Shown: one piece after another, positions 25,213 to 26,761 of the stretch | Layout of the letters: each line of letters starts with the position of its first letter | Numbering within the stretch: the stretch's first letter is position 1 | Origin: a virus | Lineage: Duplodnaviria; Caudoviricetes | Length of the DNA: 26,761 bases | Direction: 5' to 3' (one strand) | IMG/VR virus record: IMGVR_UViG_3300020045_000945 | Location: 1 to 26,761 of that record | Made by a program: the position numbers and the translations under genes | Notes under the pieces: generated by a model | What the model was told of the DNA's origin: nothing | The model's database searches: none | The model's input: only the letters and a program-made list of their open reading frames with translations

Positions 25213-25723
25213 TGCCCATGGCCTTCCCATGATTTTGGTGGAAGCCCATCTTTTCTTCAGCCTTTGCCCGCGCCTCCGCCGCATCTGCCATTGTGGCAAA
25301 TCGACCTAAATTCTTATGCTTTCCACCAACTCTGATTGAGGCGAGCCACAAAGCCCTGCTATTGTCAAAACATACACCAGCAACGCCGGTCTTATTTGCG
25401 CTATTAATCCGCAGATTTTTCATATTCTGCGCATGTGTGACGCATCGCAGATTTTGTATTCTGTTGTTTAGTTTATTTCCATCAATATGGTCTATTTCTC
25501 CATTGGGATTTTCACCGTAATGGAGCAGCCAAACCACTCTATGAACAAACCAGAGCCTTTTCCTAAGACAAACGCTCCTATAACCAGCTACCGTAACGGT
25601 CCCAGCTTCTTTACCGGCAAACCGCGAATTAAATGATTTATTGTCACGTTCCCGCCAAAATATTTGGCCTGTATCGTTATCAAGCGTAAACGCAGATTGA
25701 GCATCTTCAAGAGAAATAATCAT
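25205..25723 (-). CDS. HNH homing endonuclease with a C-terminal AP2 domain
   Basis: HRVVWLLHYG..EIDHIDGNKLNNRIQNLR..N..N (HNH_3 type), then NKTGVAGV..WLASIRVGGKHKNLGRF..AAEAR (AP2). ATGA-coupled start at 25723 (alternative 25732). AT-rich. Confidence 0.92.
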   Translation of the reverse strand: MIISLEDAQSAFTLDNDTGQIFWRERDNKSFNSRFAGKEAGTVTVAGYRSVCLRKRLWFVHRVVWLLHYGENPNGEIDHIDGNKLNNRIQNLRCVTHAQNMKNLRINSANKTGVAGVCFDNSRALWLASIRVGGKHKNLGRFATMADAAEARAKAEEKMGFHQNHGKAMGNG

Positions 25724-26076
25724 TGTTTCCATGATGGCGCTCCAATTTGACCTTGGACAAAATGGCCAAAGCCCCGATTGTTTCCTTGTCCATCGCTCGT
25801 CACCATGTTGATTGCAGCGCCGACAATGCCGCGCCGTGAAGTTGCCTGTGAGATAGCTCGCATTGCCCATTCGGCTTTGAAGCCTTGCCAGCCCATGTTG
25901 AGCCAGTGGTCTATGGCCTGTTCACGCAAGTCGCTTGGAACCTTTGACAGTTCAGATGCGATTATCTTGGCAGCACGGGCCGTCAGCGGGCATTTCTTTG
26001 CTTTCCGGTGCAGAACTATGTCGGATGCCGTCTCGGCGCTTACGACCGTCTCTAGCCATGCGATTGCTTCGCTCAT
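25720..26076 (-). CDS. Phage replication-initiator C-terminal-like domain (stand-alone)
   Basis: HRKAKKCPLTARA..AIDHWLNMGWQGFKAEW resembles C-terminal domains of phage replisome organizers. ATGA-coupled to rusA. Confidence 0.5.
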   Translation of the reverse strand: MSEAIAWLETVVSAETASDIVLHRKAKKCPLTARAAKIIASELSKVPSDLREQAIDHWLNMGWQGFKAEWAMRAISQATSRRGIVGAAINMVTSDGQGNNRGFGHFVQGQIGAPSWKQ

Positions 26077-26447
26077 GCTGCTTTTGCCTCCCGTTCAATC
26101 CAGTTGAGTTCCAATTTCACCATGCCGTTCCGCTCGATTGTCGCGGCCTTGGAAACGCTTAGCGTCCATTTGCTGTCGTCTATCCCAACCACATCGGAAA
26201 CGCCGTCCAAGCCGCTCTTGAGGCTTGCCAGCATGTTGTCCAGATCGCGGCGGCGCTTGTCTGGCGGGAAGAACGTCACCTTCACGTCAACGGTGTCCGC
26301 GTCGATATGGCCAAGTCCACTAGCCATAGCCAACCATCCGCACGTGTTCCGATAGGCTTTCTTTGCCGCAGCCAGTTTTGCCCAATGTAGCCTTGCGTTC
26401 GGGCTTAGGTTCTTGCTTGGGAATGGAAGGAACAGCGTGTGATTCAC
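26073..26447 (-). CDS. rusA: RusA-family Holliday junction resolvase
   Basis: GTG start at 26447 (GTGA overlap). LPFPS..SPN..VTFFPPDKRRRDLDNMLASLKSGLDG..IDDS carries the catalytic Asp/Lys motif. Confidence 0.85.
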   Translation of the reverse strand: MNHTLFLPFPSKNLSPNARLHWAKLAAAKKAYRNTCGWLAMASGLGHIDADTVDVKVTFFPPDKRRRDLDNMLASLKSGLDGVSDVVGIDDSKWTLSVSKAATIERNGMVKLELNWIEREAKAA

Positions 26448-26761
26448 CGCTTGGACCCCTTCCAATTGCCTTCTGCAATGTGAATGTGATGGAAGTGGCC
26501 GCGATACAGGATCACCTCCCCGCGTTGCTTCCAAAGCCAGCGAATAGCCGCCTGCTTGTTGCCGTGAACGTGGAAATCTGCCGCACCGCAGTGGGCGTGT
26601 TTCGAACGCTTCCCTGTCCCTGCAATCCGTGCGTTTTTGCGATAGGCAGAGATAACCGTCACCTTGCCGTAATTGCGCTCGATGTGAGCCAGCTTTGCCT
26701 TGACCGATGCGGGAAGGCATTTTGTGCTGACACCGGCTAGGGCTGGTGTTGCCATAAGGCA
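26444..26761 (-). CDS. Peptidase M15-family Zn metallopeptidase, probably exported; 5' end likely outside the window
   Basis: VISAYR..SKHAHCGAADF..HHIHI fits SxH-x6-D..H. The frame is open to the window edge and reads ..CLMATPALA-G, like the end of a signal peptide. Confidence 0.75.
   Translation of the reverse strand, partial: CLMATPALAGVSTKCLPASVKAKLAHIERNYGKVTVISAYRKNARIAGTGKRSKHAHCGAADFHVHGNKQAAIRWLWKQRGEVILYRGHFHHIHIAEGNWKGSKR

Larger units (their letters stand above)
1..26761 (-). mobile_element. Podovirus-like phage or prophage: replication/nin region through morphogenesis to lysis
   Basis: Co-oriented terS-terL-portal-scaffold-coat-adaptor-nozzle-ejection-fibre-lysis order. No host genes, integrase or att site fall in the window. 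Confidence 0.95.

Noticed and set aside
25205-25740. ATCATGG(G)AA at both ends of the HNH gene as a target-site duplication
   Set aside because: The match is short, imperfect and overlaps start-codon contexts. Homing endonuclease genes do not normally create TSDs.
25733-25870. Long N-terminal extension of the HNH ORF (similar extensions on ORFs called from 25299, 24874, 24086, 23403 and 22103)
   Set aside because: Internal starts with stop/start overlaps or a better RBS explain these genes without long out-of-frame overlaps.
24050-26100. DnaA boxes or iterons marking a phage origin
   Set aside because: I saw no perfect TTATCCACA and no clustered repeats by eye, only isolated partial matches such as TTATCCATT at 25205.
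26448-26720. N-terminal 91-aa extension of the RusA ORF (215-aa call)
   Set aside because: It overlaps the M15 peptidase gene in another frame. The GTG at 26447 gives a normal-sized RusA with GTGA coupling.
21-26740. Many plus-strand ORFs of 60-227 aa in the ORF track
   Set aside because: They are antisense shadows of well-supported minus-strand genes in GC-rich DNA and have no recognisable motifs. Only 5279-5449 lies mostly in a gap and has an RBS and a coherent membrane-protein pattern.

Overview
The window is a contiguous slice of a tailed dsDNA phage or prophage genome. It is podovirus-like, with a P22-type coat and portal, and the gene families suggest an alphaproteobacterial host, probably Rhizobiales/Hyphomicrobiales (inference). 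Nearly all genes lie on the minus strand and many are coupled by ATGA/GTGA/TAATG overlaps. In transcription order (right to left) it holds: an M15 peptidase cut by the window edge, RusA, an apparently split replication module with an inserted HNH-AP2 endonuclease, a DnaA-domain-IV/AP2 fusion, small accessory ORFs, a putative late regulator with a late promoter, TerS, TerL and portal. A five-gene fibre-like cassette follows, then scaffold, coat, adaptor, nozzle, ejection proteins, a two-domain virion peptidoglycan hydrolase, tail fibre and chaperone, GH19 endolysin, holin and two spanins. The most notable observations are: (1) a 22-nt GNRA hairpin that buries the Shine-Dalgarno and sits exactly 6 nt before the start codon of both terS and the scaffold gene, a candidate shared translational operator; (2) the portal-scaffold cassette with a 5 x 22-aa repeat protein; (3) a hidden antisense membrane micro-ORF among the ejection genes; (4) the DnaA-IV/AP2 fusion beside an initiator lacking an obvious DNA-binding domain. 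All family calls come from motif recognition by eye; no database searches were run.
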